Source: Antedon mediterranea (lineage: Eukaryota; Animalia; Echinodermata). From it: a DNA stretch of 64,000 nt. The DNA lies in assembly GCF_964355755.1 (NCBI RefSeq), contig NC_092674.1:7688001-7752000 (forward strand). The letters are read 5' to 3'. The translations under genes were made by a program, and so were the position numbers. The notes under the pieces are model-generated. The model had not been told where the DNA came from. It saw only the letters and a program-made list of their open reading frames with translations, and did not search any database. Below, piece by piece: positions 1 to 14,107 of this stretch (position 1 is the stretch's first letter; the number at the start of each line of letters is the position of its first letter).

Positions 1-90
1 TGTAAATTATTTTATTCGAAAGAAATCGCTCTTGACCAAAAAGGTAGTGTCGATAGAGTAGATAATTCTGTTTTTACAATAACACATTTT

Positions 91-3000
91 ATGAAAAATC
101 TGAATCTTAATGACATCTGGAGAAAAAATAACCCGGATACATGTCAATTCACATGGCGAAGGAAATCCACCCAAACGTACAGAAGGTTGGACTATTTTTT
201 TATATCTAACGACTTATGTGAATATGTTAACACATGTGATATCAGGCCGTCAATCATGTCTGATCACCAAGCCATATCCTTAAAAATAAGTTTAACTAAT
301 GAAGAAAGAGGCCCAGGATTATGGAAAATGAACAATTCTCACTTAGATAATGAAGATTATATAAACAACATCAAAAACATAATAGAAAGAGCTAGATTAG
401 AAGAACTTAACCCAAAGGATAAATGGGAAATGATTAAAGTAAAAATAAAGGAATTCTCCATAAAATATGGGAAAATGAAAAATAAAAATAAATGCAAAAG
501 AAAAGAAATACTTCAACAGGAAATTGCTATCATTAATGATTTAATTATGAAAAAGGATAATACTGATAATAATATCCAGTATGAAACAGAATTATATCAA
601 AAAAAGAATGAACTTGAGCAAATTTACCTATTGGAAGCTAAAGGCGCTCAAATTAGGTCAAGAGTAAAGTGGATAGAAGATGGCGAACGAAACACTAAAT
701 ACTTTCTTGGTTTAGAGAAAAATAATAGTAATAAAAAACATATTAAAAAATTAAAAAAACAGGACGGATCCATTATATCAAATTCCACAGAGATATTGAA
801 GGAAGAGGTTAATTTCTTCAAAAAAATATATGCAAAACAAGATGTTCCTTACAAATCAATTGATAAGGAGCCTCGCTCCTAGTTGGTTCGAGGCCGACTC
901 GCTCCTAGTTCTGGTGGTGGAACAAGTCTTCTCGGATAAGGACTATAAACCGTAGGTCCAGTGTACACAGTTATAACCTGTGTGTACTTTAAAGAAACCC
1001 AGTTCATTATTCGAAAAAGAGTAGGGGGTTACCCCGGTGAACTGGTTCACACAATAGCCCCTGTATCAGAGGGATTACCACCTATCTGATAGGACAGTGA
1101 TTAATTCACTATTGGTAATCCTTGGCCACATTGCCTAAAGACATAAAATAAAAAAATAAAATAAGTACCTATCTCATGTTAATTTAACTAAACTCACAGA
1201 GGCAGAACAAGAGATGTGTGAGGGTCATCTCTCTCTCTTCGAATGTGAGCAAGCAATAAAGAAAATGAAAAAAAATAAAGCTCCAGGCAGTGACGGTTTA
1301 ACAGTTGAGTTTTATCAACTCTTCTGGTACCTTATCTGTGACCTTGTTTGTGATGCACTAAATTATGGTTTTGCCACACAAGAAATGTCTGTGTCACAAA
1401 GAAGGGGAATAATCAACCTTATTTACAAAAAAGGTGATCACAAAGATTTAAATAACTGGCGCCCTATCACTTTACTCAATATTGACTACAAAATAGCTTC
1501 TTTTGTTCTTACAACAAGATTACATCGAGTTGCAAAGTATATAATAAACAATGACCAAAAAGGGTATGTAAAAGGTCGCTTTGGTGGTGACAATATAAGA
1601 CTAATAGAGGACATAATTACTTACATGGAAAATGAACAGCTTGAAGGTATACTTATAAGTTTAGATTTCCAAAAAGCATTTGACAGTGTCAATAGATCAT
1701 TTTTAATAGAAGCCTTAAATAAATTCAATTTTGGTATTTCATTTGTGAACTGGGTAAAAGCACTGTATAACAATACAAATTGTATATTCACAAATAATGG
1801 TTGGCAATCAGAAAGTTTTGCAATGCACCAAGGTATTAGACAAGGATGTCCCTTGTCTGCTCTATTGTTTATTTTAGTAGCTGAAGTCCTAGCTACAAAA
1901 ATAAGAGCATGTGATATGGTCAAAGGCCTGATTGTTCCTGCAGGCAATGGTATATTTAAAGATATTAAGATTGCACAGCTAGCAGATGACACTGTGCTTT
2001 TTCTAAAGGATATAAATAGTATAGATAACAGCATAAGTATTATTGAAAAGTTTGGAGAGGTTTCTGGATTAAAATTAAATAAGAATAAAACAAATGCTTT
2101 TTGGCTTGGCAGTTTAAGAGACTGCAAGGACACACATGGTAACATTTCTTGGACATCCACACCAATTCGGATATTAGGTATCTATGTTGGACATGATAAG
2201 GAATATTGTTATCAAAAGAACTGGAAAGAAAAAATAGACGCATTAGAAAATACCCTAAAAACATGGGAGAAAAGACACCTCACTTTTTTTGGAAGAATTA
2301 CTATTGTAAAAACATTAGCGCTCTCAAAAATTATATACAATTCCTGCATTTTGCTAGTACCAGAAAAAGTAATAAAAGAGGTGGATAAATTAATTTTTAA
2401 ATTCATTTGGGAAACTAAGAAAGAGAAAATAAAAAGAAAAACCATGTGTGCCAATTACAGTCAAGGTGGTCTAAAAATGGTAGAATTCAGATCTCAGGTA
2501 ATATCTTTCCAAGTTAAATGGTACAGGAGACTGTATGAAAACGATGATGCCAAATGGAAATATTTACCTACATTTTATATAGAAAAGATAGGCCCAAAAT
2601 CATTAACCTCAAATTTATCAAAAGTTCCGTGTAATATATCCGTACCACCATTTTACCTCTCAGTTATTAAGTCTATAGCAGTAGCTAATGCTTGTAATAA
2701 TAGATTAAATAAGGAACCAATAAGCTATGATGACATTATTAATCAATCATTATGGGGTAATGAGTTTATATGTATTAAAAAGAAGCCGTTATATAACTGT
2801 AACTGGATTAGTTCAGGGTTTTTAAAAATATATGATGTAATAAATAATAATGTGTTTAAGCCTGCGATAGAGATAAAAAGAAGGTTAAGATGTACACAAA
2901 ATTGGATCAGTGAATATTCATGTATATTGAAAGCCATTCCAAAAGAATGGAAATGTATTTTAAAATCAACACATGACATTAATGTAAATGATATACCTAT

Positions 3001-3543
3001 TACAAACAATAAGGTCTTAAATATGACGTCTAGACAATTATATAGATTCATAATAGATGCTCAATATATTACACCTACGGCACAGGTTAAGTGGGAATCC
3101 ATATTTGGTAATATGCCATGGACAAAAATATGGGTTAAGAAAGTTTCTGGTCTTAAAGAAAAAAAACTGGCACATTTTAATTTTAAATTGTTGCACAGAA
3201 TATTGCCAACAAATGAAAGATTACATAGGTGGAGACTTGTAAATTCCCCATGTTGTGACACATGCAATGTTATTGAGAATGATAAACATATGTTAGTAGA
3301 GTGCATAACAGTAAAATGTTTATGGAGAGAGATAAACGAAATAATTAGAGCAGTAAGCATACATATTCCTGTTTTTTCTTTCAAAAGACTTTTTTTGAAA
3401 CTGACAATAATTACGTAAATAAATTATACACTTTAGGAGCATTTTGTATTTATAAAGTAAAGATATTAAGTTTATTGGAAAAAGAAAAAAAAATCAATCT
3501 CCTACAAATGTTTAAATCTGAAAAAAAGATAAGAAATATGTAA
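91..3543 (+). pseudogene. L1/Tx1-type ORF2 (endonuclease-RT-CCHC), disrupted
   Basis: APE motifs RLDYFF and SDHQAI; KAPGSDG, WRPITLLNIDYK, GIRQGCPLS, QLADD (RT); CCDTC..H...C knuckle. Removing 868..1165 joins 91..867 in frame to 1166 onward (SIDK|YLSHVNL..MCEG). A 1-bp indel in the T-run near 3390-3396 hides a C-terminal continuation (..LGAFCIYK..RNM*, stop at 3543). Confidence 0.9.
868..1160 (+). mobile_element. tRNA-derived SINE with Deu/Nin-type central domain, 5'-truncated, inserted in the LINE ORF2
   Basis: TSD ataag at 863..867 and 1161..1165; B-box remnant ggttcgaggcc; core ctcggataaggactataaaccgtaggtcc...taaagaaaccc...gagtagggggttaccccggtg resembles the DeuSINE/Nin-SINE conserved domain (from recall); A-rich tail. 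Confidence 0.8.
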
Positions 3544-3625
3544 ATCTGCAGGTATACTGTATATGCTCAACCAGATTAAGGAAGAAAATATGTAAATGAG
3601 ATACCATGAATGATGAATCTATTAT

Positions 3626-3671
<46 letters not shown>

Positions 3672-3983
3672 TTTTTTTGTTTTTTTTTTTCTTGCTACTA
3701 TACTGTATGTTTTGTAAACATGTATACCTTGATGATTTGAAAACAAAAAGACAAAATGTGAAAAGCTTTTTATAGATTGATGATAAAAAAAAATGATGAA
3801 GGATAAGAAGGTTTAGGTTTAAGTGGGGAAGTGTTTTCATCAAAGCTTTCATATTATAGGTATATACCGTATATATGTAATTTGCACATTCTTACTGCAT
3901 GTGGAATTTTGAAATGATAAAATGGTTAAAAAGAAAAAAAAGAATGTCTAATTTTTTTAATGGATCATTAAACACAAATGTTG

Positions 3984-4845
3984 TTAAATGATAATGTATG
4001 TATAAAAAAATAATAGAATAAATAATAAGTAAAAAAAAAATAATTGAATGAACCCACATAGGAAAAAAAAAAGTTAAATGAAACTTTGATGGGTTATACT
4101 GTAGATGCAAAAAAGGATAATCTGTTGGAAATAAATTTTGTAAACATTTAAAGATCAAAAAAATCAATGTTAAAGGATGAGGAAAATATAATGTTAACAG
4201 TAAAAAGTTAGTAAGTAATTAGTATAACAGAGAATATGCATTGTTTAAATGAAAATATGTTTGCATAGATAAATCCAAAGAAAAATAAAATGGGACAAAC
4301 CCATGGGATGGATTTATTAAACATAAACGTATTATATTTGTATGAAATAAATATGCATGTAGATGAAAAAAAAAACAAAAACAACTATGTAAGAAAAAAT
4401 AAGCTTTGTTAATGAAAATGTGTTATAGATAATATGTATAAAAAGAGGAAACTATGTAATCAATGTGGTTAAATGATAATGTATGTATAAACAAAATAAT
4501 ATATGGAAATAGTTTTTTTTTTTAAAGAAAATAAGTAAAAAAAAAAAAAAAAGTGGAATGAATCCACATAAGAGAAGAAAGTAAAAAAGTTAAATGAAAA
4601 TTTAAGAAGTTATAGATGCAAAAAAGGATCTGCTGGTTTTGTAAACATTAAAGAACAAAAATATTAATATTAATGTTAAAGGATGAGAACAATATTATGT
4701 TAACAGTAAACATGTAGTAAGTAATGAGTATAACAGAGAATATGCATTGTTAAATGAAAATGTGGTAGATGAAAAAATCAAAAACAACTATGTAAGAAAA
4801 AAAAATAAGCTTGTTAATGAAAATGTGTTACAGATAATATGTTTA
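3984..4845 (+). repeat. Diverged ~485-bp tandem duplication within the LINE 3' UTR
   Basis: ttaaatgataatgtatgtataaa at ~3984 and ~4469; gtataacagagaatatgcattgtt and caaaaacaactatgtaagaaaaa each occur twice with similar spacing. A long poly-T tract lies upstream at ~3627-3690. Confidence 0.75.
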
Positions 4846-5320
4846 AGCAATGTGATAATATGTAAACAAATGAATAAATAAGCATATGTATACAGATGAT
4901 TAAACAAACATTGTAACTATAATGATATGTGAAAAATATATGTAAAGAGAACAGTGGTTTGTAAATAAAAGTGGGATGAACCCACATAAGATAAAAAAAA
5001 AAAAGAAATCGCTCTGTCTATCTTACTACGAGTAAACCTACAATGCCTACTGTACGTCATTTTTGTGTTTCTTAAATGTATCAAGATGATTTGAAAGGTT
5101 AAAATAACAAAGTATATTGTGCCATTTTCTAATATCAAACTTAAACGAGTTTCCACATGTTCATATTAGAACTCCAATATCAAACTGGCTCAATTTAATT
5201 GTTAATAGATTTAAAAGAGTTTTTCACATTTTCATATTAGAACTTAATATTACATATTGTGAGACTGGTTGTAACGACATCCTCTCCTCAATACATGCTT
5301 TCCCACAACCTGGTACCTAC

Positions 5321-8300
5321 CTCAGCATGTGAAGCGTTAATGTATTCTTCACCAGCGTCAACATTTATTTGGAAACACCGTTTATTTACTGTATTAAATT
5401 AAATAAAAACAAATCATTATTGAGTAATTAATATTGTAGTATTATATTTGATTTTGGTCATCGGCTCAGCAAACTTCAAGTCAAGTCTTCTTTTAATTAA
5501 CAAAAATGGTGTAGGCCTAATTTCACTGCATTTCACAATAATGCTTAAAAACGTTCTTCTTTAAAAAAAAATATTTTTTTATATTTGTATAGACAAAGAA
5601 AATTAAAAAATGTTTCATTATCAATTGTTATCATTTAACATAATCAAATCGTAACATACTAATACTAAGGTATAAAACTTACAGATCAAAACATCTGGTC
5701 GTCTGGCACGTGACGTGTCATCATCCAAATGACGTAGAAGCAAACTGTTTACGGTCTAAAAAGAAAAAAAAGTGAGGCTATTATCTTACGAATTGATTAT
5801 TTGTTATTTTTATGTTACCGTTTTATAATAATTGAAAATCGTGGTTGAGGAAATGAAACCCATAATACACTATTTAGACATGTAATTTACAAGAAAGAAA
5901 TTTAAAAACGTATTATTTATTATTATTAGTGTTGGTATTTATAAATATTTTTATTTCCATATAATATTATTCTCTACCAAGCCTCTTCCTAAAATGCTAC
6001 GTTTTCCTAAAACAGGTGGAGGAGGAAGGAAGGTTGATCTATTGTATGTAGGCCTATATGATTATTTTTAATCTACTACGTCTATATTTTTCTATAATAT
6101 TTATAATTACAGTTTTATTTGTTTTTACTACTGTTAAACTTGTTATTTTAAAAAGGTTTAAAATAAATTTTAATTAAATTAATAAATCAGTACCTCAAAT
6201 TCTTTCTTGAAACCGTTCCTGACGCTTGATTGGCGTTTCGTTACATAATCAAGAAGTTGGGACAACTCAATAGGTTTGTATGCTTTGTCATCTAGTTCTG
6301 TGACATCAACAGCATGAGTTGGCACAGGCTCTTGTTCCGGAATTGTTTCGGGAATTGGTTCTATGTATACGGGCTCAGCAGAAGAAATGACAAGAGCAGA
6401 CATATGCATTTCATATGCACCTTGATCATTAACATGATCTTGTTTATGTTCGGGTTCTATGTATACTGGTTCAGCAGCAGAAGACATGGAAACATCAGAC
6501 TTAATGTTTTTATATTCACTTTGCTTTTCCAGATTTGCAACATCATTAACAGGATCCTGTTCAGGCTCAGCGTATATGGGTTCAACAGAAGATGTGGCAC
6601 CACTAGCTTGAACACTTTCAAACTCATTGGGTTCATATTTTTTGTACAAACTTTGGTAATTTTTATCTTTTGCGTTTAGATCTTGTTGACGAGTAGAAGC
6701 TTTAGTAACCTCTGTTTTCGCGCTTGATTGTTTTAAACTAAAATAAAACAAAGAAATGAATACGATTAAGTCGATGGTTATTTTGAGTTTCTTCTTCTCC
6801 TTTTTCCTTGCAATGCCACCCCGAGTAAATTGTTATTTCAAAATTGGCAAAAAACTATATGACTGATACTTTACCGTTTCAATATTATCAAAGTGATAGT
6901 AACTACGAAAACGGCCACAACTACTGAACCAATTACAACACCTATTACGTAACCTAAAAAGTAAAATATTACTGTACTTGAACATGGACACTTTTTATAA
7001 GGTATTCAATGTGAACGGGTCCGGTTTTCTTTTAAGTAAGTTTAACCCAATGTACAATTAACAAAAAATAACAACAATCCGAGTGGGAACGGTTAGATAT
7101 TAAAACATTTTCCAATTCTTATGATTTTGGTTTATTCGTACTGAATGAAAATAAGAAAATTCCAAAAAGTAAAGTGTGTTGATTATTTCACTAACCTTCT
7201 AGTTTCTTTTTGTCTGAAAAAGTATTGTTAGTTGACGGATTACAATCAATCCCAAACAGAATTGTCTTTGTTTGAGACGTCGTATTAACGTTTAGATATG
7301 AAGCAAAAACTGTAAATGTATATTCTATACATGGCTCAATTCCGTCACCAAATATAACTTCTGTTTCTATTGTAATTCCTTGACGAAATATACCGCCTGA
7401 CAGTTCATAATGGTAGGTCACCTGATAGTCTGGAATGTCACATTTAGAAGCGTTCCATTTCACCAGTAAATGTGTTCTATTTGCAAATATATTACTTTCT
7501 ATCGATGGCTCTATATACGAATATAAGTAGAATTTGTAGGTCAAAGGTGCTCATTTTACTTTAAAACTTACAATATCAATATAACAAAATATAAAAAAAT
7601 ATTTGTTTGTCATTTTTTTGTTTGTTTTTGACTTACCCTTATTAAAAAAAGTTTTTTTTAATGAAATTAATAAATAGGTATAAACAAAAACATAATGGGT
7701 TGAATATATCATGTTTGCATATAGTGTTCAACAAACTAAGTAACTCAATTAGTGTATTTTGGCATCCGAAGTCTAACTTACCTGATGGTGCTGTTTGTAT
7801 CAATATGTCCTCTCCCCAATTACCAGCAATATCCATATTATTAACAATTCGAGCGTTTATTATATAATCAGTACAACGTGATAATCCTGATATTTCAACC
7901 TGTTTAGAACTGTTTGTTGTATTGACTACACCTTGTATATTTCCATCTCTATCCGAATACTGCACTTGATATCCAAGAATATAGTTACATTGAATTCGAT
8001 CATAATCACTAGATACAGGCTGAAAATAAAGTATACCATTAAATTACACTGTATTTCGTAATTGTATAATCATGTTGAATTAAAAAACAAACAAACAAAT
8101 AAATAAAAACAAATATAAAACTTTTGAGAATAATGTAACATTTATAAAAAATATATTTAATTAATCCAACTGTTTCTTTGAATGATTGAATCCAATTATT
8201 TGGAGGTTTGGCATAACTTGGCATAACTAAATGAATGCTGATACTAATACCTTTAATTTTAAGATTATTTTTTTATCTTTCCTTGTTTTTATTGTTGTTA

Positions 8301-11300
8301 CTAGTTCTACCAATGGTTCTATAGTAAGTAAACAATACATTAGGAATAAATTAAAAATATAATGAAGTAATAACATAGGCCTATAAATTATAAATAAATA
8401 AAACAGCAAGAATAAAGTGTAAACCTATTTGTAATAGAAAAATATTTACGGGCACATTATTATTACTGAAGATATGTATAGTATTTTATTTCTGATCGAG
8501 TAAGATTGCTTTTTGTTTTTAATTGATTGAAATGTTATTTTTAAAGTATACACATTCATTACATTATTTTTTTCTCTTAAAAATCAGGAAAGTGTTTGTT
8601 ATTCCAGGTAAAGTGAAATTTAACTTTTCCCTGGTTAATTAATTTTGCCATAAATGATTTTTGTATAATTATGATAATGACTATTAAAACGGCGGTTTTT
8701 ATTTAAAATTAACGTACATGGTATCTAGAAAAAATATATATTAATTACATTCGGTTATAGTAGGCGTTATTCTATTTTCAAATTTCAATATAATAAATAA
8801 AAATAAATAAAATGACATTTGGCTAGAATTTATGGGTGAATATGATCTGAGCATGCGTATAGAGATATCAGGTTATAGCAAGTAATCCTGAAAAATAGTG
8901 CTTACTTGAACAAATCAATTTAGTGGATCCAACGTTACTTCTTGGTCCACCTGTCTGATTATTATAAACCATTCTAAAAAATTGTAATCTAAATTTTATT
9001 TTCGCATTTGGAATTAAGTTATCGATTATCAATAATTTATTCTTAATAGGAAAAGAGACAGAAGTCCATGTATCATTATATTCTGGCTTATACAAAAGCG
9101 TCCGTTTTATAATTGTTCCTGTTCCATAGTCTTCACCAGGAATCCAAGTGACGTCAAACGTCACGGTAGTTACTGTCTGCTCTACAATAGTTGGCGGTTC
9201 AGAACGATATGGTAATGCTAAGACAAAATAAAATACAGAATAATAAATATAAATAAATTCAAATATACAAATTACCTAGCCTATTACTATATAATGACAA
9301 ATATTTATTCTATACGAACTTATTATTTTCAAAGTTAAATTGTGTGTTTACTTAACAACATCTGAATACATTTTCTTCTGTATGCAATACAGTATAATAC
9401 TATAGGCCTACATTCATTTAAAAATTCAGAAAAAAAAGAAATATAAATAAAATCGAAATAAATGAAATAAATCGAATATAGGGCTGCTTTGTTTATACTA
9501 TTATTTGACAACCGAAAGTTTATACAATGTGTCCAGATAGAAATGTCTTGTACGGTACCGTATTTATTGTATGACTTGCCTACGTGGTGGGTGGATACAC
9601 CGCGAAGAAAAAATGAAAATGAAAATGAAAAAAGGGTAGAAAATTTGCAATAATTAAAAGTCCATAGCATAAACGAACAACAGCGGCGGAGAATGAATAT
9701 TATACTAGTAGTAAATGTGTATCATAACAGTGTATGGTGTTACCTATGCTACAGTTTGGCCCGGCCCAAGCCTCATGGCATCCACTATCGCAACTTCCAT
9801 CTCGAGTACAATTTTCAGAGTCTTTGCAGTGACACTGGAAATTACACAAATCACCAAAGAATCCGGATGAACATGACACATGCTCTACTGTAGTGTAACA
9901 AAGCAATAAACCAATGTGATGTGAATATATATCAAAGTATGCTGTGTTATAATAAAGTACATTCTTTGTTGGAGTCTAGATTTAGACAGACATTGATGTT
10001 CGTATTTTGTGGCAAAATAATGGGTGGACTTGTAAGAGGCCACGCGTGTTAGAAATTCTGGTTAATTATCTACCACATGAGTATTTCTTAGTTTGTCAAT
10101 ATGTATAGTATACATTCTTATAGGTCATGTCAAGTTCATATTGGTACACTCAGTATAGATATTTTTGGAATCATAACTGGTAAATGCAGCGTTAATTATG
10201 CCTATAACTAGATAATGTATACATAATTTAGTAACTACAAAATACTACCGAGACATCCTTCTCCGGTGTAACCGTCTAAACACATTGACTTAGTCCTACA
10301 TCCACTCGTTGTATCACAATGTTCGCTGTCACAGTGACAAACTTGCCGGCAATCAGCTCCATAGAAACCTGTGTCACACACTATAAACAGATGTTTTATA
10401 CAATGCAGAGACAACAATTATGTAATTATGTCACAGATAATTATAATACAAAAATTAATAAATATTCATACCTGAACTTAAATAACATGATACATATTTG
10501 TAATGACAATAAAAACACCTATTATATTTAATTAATACGATGATGACAACGTAAAAATCAACGAATATTGTAATCATGAATTACAATTATTAACAACAAA
10601 TGAATAAGTAGTAACCATTATAACATATTATTTCCTCTTAAAATGCATTGATGCATGCAAAACTATATTTATATTATTTAAATGTTAACCTGTATTGCAA
10701 TCATTTCCTCCAAAACCATTGTGGCATGTACAACCAACTGGATCAGGTGGAGATAAAACAATTCCTGTGCAATTTCCTCCAACAGAACACACAAAGTTGC
10801 AGTCACGACCCCAGTCGTTATATCCACAACCTTTAATAAATCAAATAAAATGGGTAAGTATATATAGGCCTACGTACGTAGGAATAAGCTAATCAATCGA
10901 CCCAAATCATCTGAATTATTAAATAATCTAAATAATTAAATGATAAATAATAATAATAATTAATAATAATAATAATAATTAATTAATGATAATAATTAAA
11001 TAATAATAATAATTAAATAATAATAATAATAATATTTATTTATTTTTATTTTATGTCTTTAGGGAATGTGGCCAAGGATTACCAATAGTGAATTAATCAC
11101 TGTCCTATCAGATAGGTGGTAATCCCCTTGATACAGGGGCTATTGTGTGAACCAGTTCACCGGGGTAACCCCCTAATAATAATAATAAAAATAATAATAA
11201 TAATACACACGTACATCCAAATTATATATTATCAAAACAAAATTCAACATTATTTTGTGTATTTAAGCTTAAGAAATAAATTTTAATTATTAATTATTAC

Positions 11301-13601
11301 GTACTTTTAAGGAGCAAATGCAATACCTTGTTTGCAAGACGTTCCTTTAAATCCTGCTGTGCAAATACAGACACCCGTCTTATCGTCACATACTCCGCCA
11401 TTATAACATACGGGACAGTCCATTTCACAGTCTGGAGGATTCCACTTTGGCGAGGGACAAGCTAAATACAATATGAATAATTAAACAGTGCCAAAATGAT
11501 ATCTAATAATACTGTATAAATAGACAAATAAAGGTTTCAAGATTATAACAGATTACAACAAAATCCAATAAACAAATAGGCCTTATATCTTTAATTAGTA
11601 TACAGTGAGTGATGGATAAAATAAATTATTTCAGGAACGAGGATGCTAATTGTAATAGACTTCTGAGTTATGTAACTTTAGATAAAAACATTGAGAAGTC
11701 AAATTTATTTTGTAAAATACACATTATAGATGAGAACTGCATTACAAAATGATCAATAATAAGCCCTTCTACAATATTAACAAACATATATTAATAACCA
11801 TTCTTCTATGGGAAAGGTTGTAGCAATCAATAATTTTATAAACGTAATGTACCTCTAACAATAAGTCTCATGATACCATGGTTACCATCAGGGCTATCAC
11901 CTGTAAAACATTCATATACGCCATCATCTTTCATTCGTATGTTTTCAATCACAGCAGACGTATTGCTCCTCAGATGGTCTATTTCCTCACCGTAATTATG
12001 TCTCCAACGTAAATCGTCAAGATCAGTACCTTTACTGAGATTGATAGTGACATACTCTCCAATACCGACTGTTATCGTTCTATACTCCATTCTAATTACA
12101 GCTGTAAAGAATAAGAGATAAAAATGTGGTTTTAGAAAAAGAGTAAATTTTAATAGTTAAAATAATGGTATTAGGTTCCATTACGATCTATCTGAACTTA
12201 CTCACCGGAATCGGATGTCAAGACAATGGCTGAATCTGTAACTACTTCGCCTTTCTTTGCTTCAAATGAAAAAACTCCAACTCTATCATCAGGTTGTAAG
12301 TCAGCAACACCTAGAAACGTGTGGTAGATGGAAGTTTGGAATTCAATCTTGCTATTTGTGTTAAAGATTTTACCATTGGGCATACTTTTCTCTTGTTGTT
12401 GTCCAGTATTGTTATGAGGCTTAGTATCATTCCAAGTCACTTTATCTCTCCCATCAATATTCTTGTACAATATTCCAACTGATAAATCTCTGATGTCTTT
12501 GTCCTCTTGAATTGCGTATCCTCGAAACCTGCGTTTACCACTATATCTGGACGTCAATGGTGTATTAGAATACATGGTTATATCTAATGGATCTTCACAA
12601 AGAGATATATAAATAATGTTTGAATTATTATACAAATATAATTAATACTCTTAAAAAAGTATAATACAAATATGAATACTATTAAATATAAATACTTTAA
12701 GTACAAATATTGTTATGGATAAACTTGGTATGTAAATATTTGTATTAAAGTGGTTTTGAACAATAAAAACTGAATATCTAATTGGGCGAGAAAACACATG
12801 GTAGAAAATTATTATTATTTTTCATTTTTTTTATTTTTATAATATCCTTTAACTTTTATCTAATTTATATTATTTTTATCCAATATTCTAAGTGAAGATA
12901 ACTGGATAAATTGATAATAATAATTGATATCCGTTTTTGTATGTAACTCTGACATATTGTATACTAGGCCTTTTGTTCAACTTCAATGGGTATTTTATTT
13001 TACGATTGCAAAAGTTTCAATAAATGAATGAATAAAACAATTAACCGGATTGTGTAACAATATAAAATCTAAACAATGGAATTAACTTGATTATATTATT
13101 TGATTTTTCCTTTAATGGTTTAAAAAAATTATATTTCTGAAATAAACACATTTCGGTAATATAATAAATGTCGTAATACGTCCACATCTTCGACTGTCCA
13201 TATTCTTTCGTACCGATTTATAATGCTTAAGAGATTGGGCATTTTGTACATAATAGGCAACTTATTCTACTAATCAATAGAGGTGTCTATGAATGATAAT
13301 CTACTATGTATTAGGCCTACCTGTTTTTAGTTTATATATTGACTTTCTTGTTTAAATAAATTTATTCTTCAGGCATTTATCAAGTCAATATAAATCATAT
13401 TACTGCTATCAATTGACATACCCTTTCGACTAAAATAATCCAAGGAGTCCATTAAATACGTCCTACTAGACTATATAACTCATAACAATAAATGAAGAAA
13501 GAGAAAGAGATTGTTCTAACCTTTCAAGACATACCTGATAATCCTAATTGCCACAAACAAAGACTTAAGATAAAAAGCTGAAAGCTTGTATAGAGAAACA
13601 T
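5321..13601 (-). CDS. Tie-like-ectodomain / PTP-D2 receptor, copy A (exons 1-15; remaining exons expected left of the window beyond the LINE)
   Basis: GT-AG exons with matching phases: 13601-13535 (signal peptide MFLYTSFQLFILSLCLWQLGLS), 12592-12206, 12101-11853 (Ig, DDGVYEC), 11461-11327, 10830-10690, 10380-10249, 9887-9744 (4 EGF), 9217-8906, 8318-8251, 8019-7782, 7510-7196 (3 FN3), 6953-6875 (TM), 6737-6194 (Tyr-rich), 5755-5683, 5388-5321 (YINAS). Confidence 0.85.
11035..11175 (-). mobile_element. 3' fragment of the same Deu/Nin-type SINE in an (AAT)n tract (also ~28140-28280 and ~50665-50805)
   Basis: Reverse complement of ~1022..1160, with few differences; embedded in an AAT microsatellite. 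Confidence 0.85.
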
Positions 13602-13815
13602 CTCTACTCCTGCCCTACTAACCACTATATGGGTGGTCCTCAGTTGTACTCCGTATGAATGCAACGTTCGTCAGTAAATACAATATCGTTTCCTTGTATG
13701 TACGTTTATGTTCAACCAAGGTTCCTGTTTCTTCAATTCCTGAGACCCGATGATTATTTTAATAGCTTAAAATAATTCCTTAGTTTTGATCGAGGGTTAA
13801 ACATAATAGTTCGTT

Positions 13816-14107
13816 CTTTTTTAGTGCTCTACAAGCAAGCTTTTCTAAGCGCTGAACATTATTACCCCAGTCATTTTTCGGATCAAACACGTATGTAAAC
13901 ATATTCCCATAATTCAGCTATAGTAATCAGCGCAAAGTTGTGTTTTGATCTAACCGGGTACCCATTTATACACCTGGGTGGAGAGGCAAACGTAAGTAAA
14001 GAGTAAAGTATCTTGTCTAATGATACAAGCAATGCGGCGAGAGTTGGATTCGAACCTCGGTCTCACGATCACTAGTCCAACTTCCAACACCATGCGCCAC
14101 ACGCCCT
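13816..14107 (-). mobile_element. tRNA-derived SINE, MetaSINE-like (also 30916..31207 and 53440..53731)
   Basis: Minus strand: A box tggcgcatggt, B box ggttcgaatcc, core tgcctctccacccaggtgtataaatgggtacc (Meta/MESC-like from recall), L2-like tail cagcgcttagaa, short A tail. It lies ~0.2 kb upstream of the receptor ATG. Confidence 0.78.

Larger units (their letters stand above)
33..5001 (+). mobile_element. 5'-truncated L1/Tx1-clade non-LTR retrotransposon inserted in an intron of receptor copy A
   Basis: 14-bp TSD aaagaaatcgctct at 19..32 and 5002..5015; the empty site is seen in the other units (~22078 and ~44602). A-rich tail ends at 5001. ORF2 with APE C-terminal half, RT and CCHC motif. 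Long AT-rich 3' UTR. Confidence 0.93.

Noticed and set aside
1071-1125. SINE tail three-way junction as a hammerhead
   Set aside because: CTGATAG is not CUGANGA and there is no GAAA; kept only as a structured tail.
1621-3384. Antisense and alternate-frame ORFs over the LINE ORF2 (similarly over BEL pol)
   Set aside because: Shadow ORFs of long coding frames; no recognisable motifs.
3622-3852. Lys-rich ORF on the minus strand
   Set aside because: Artefact of the poly-T tract in the LINE 3' UTR.
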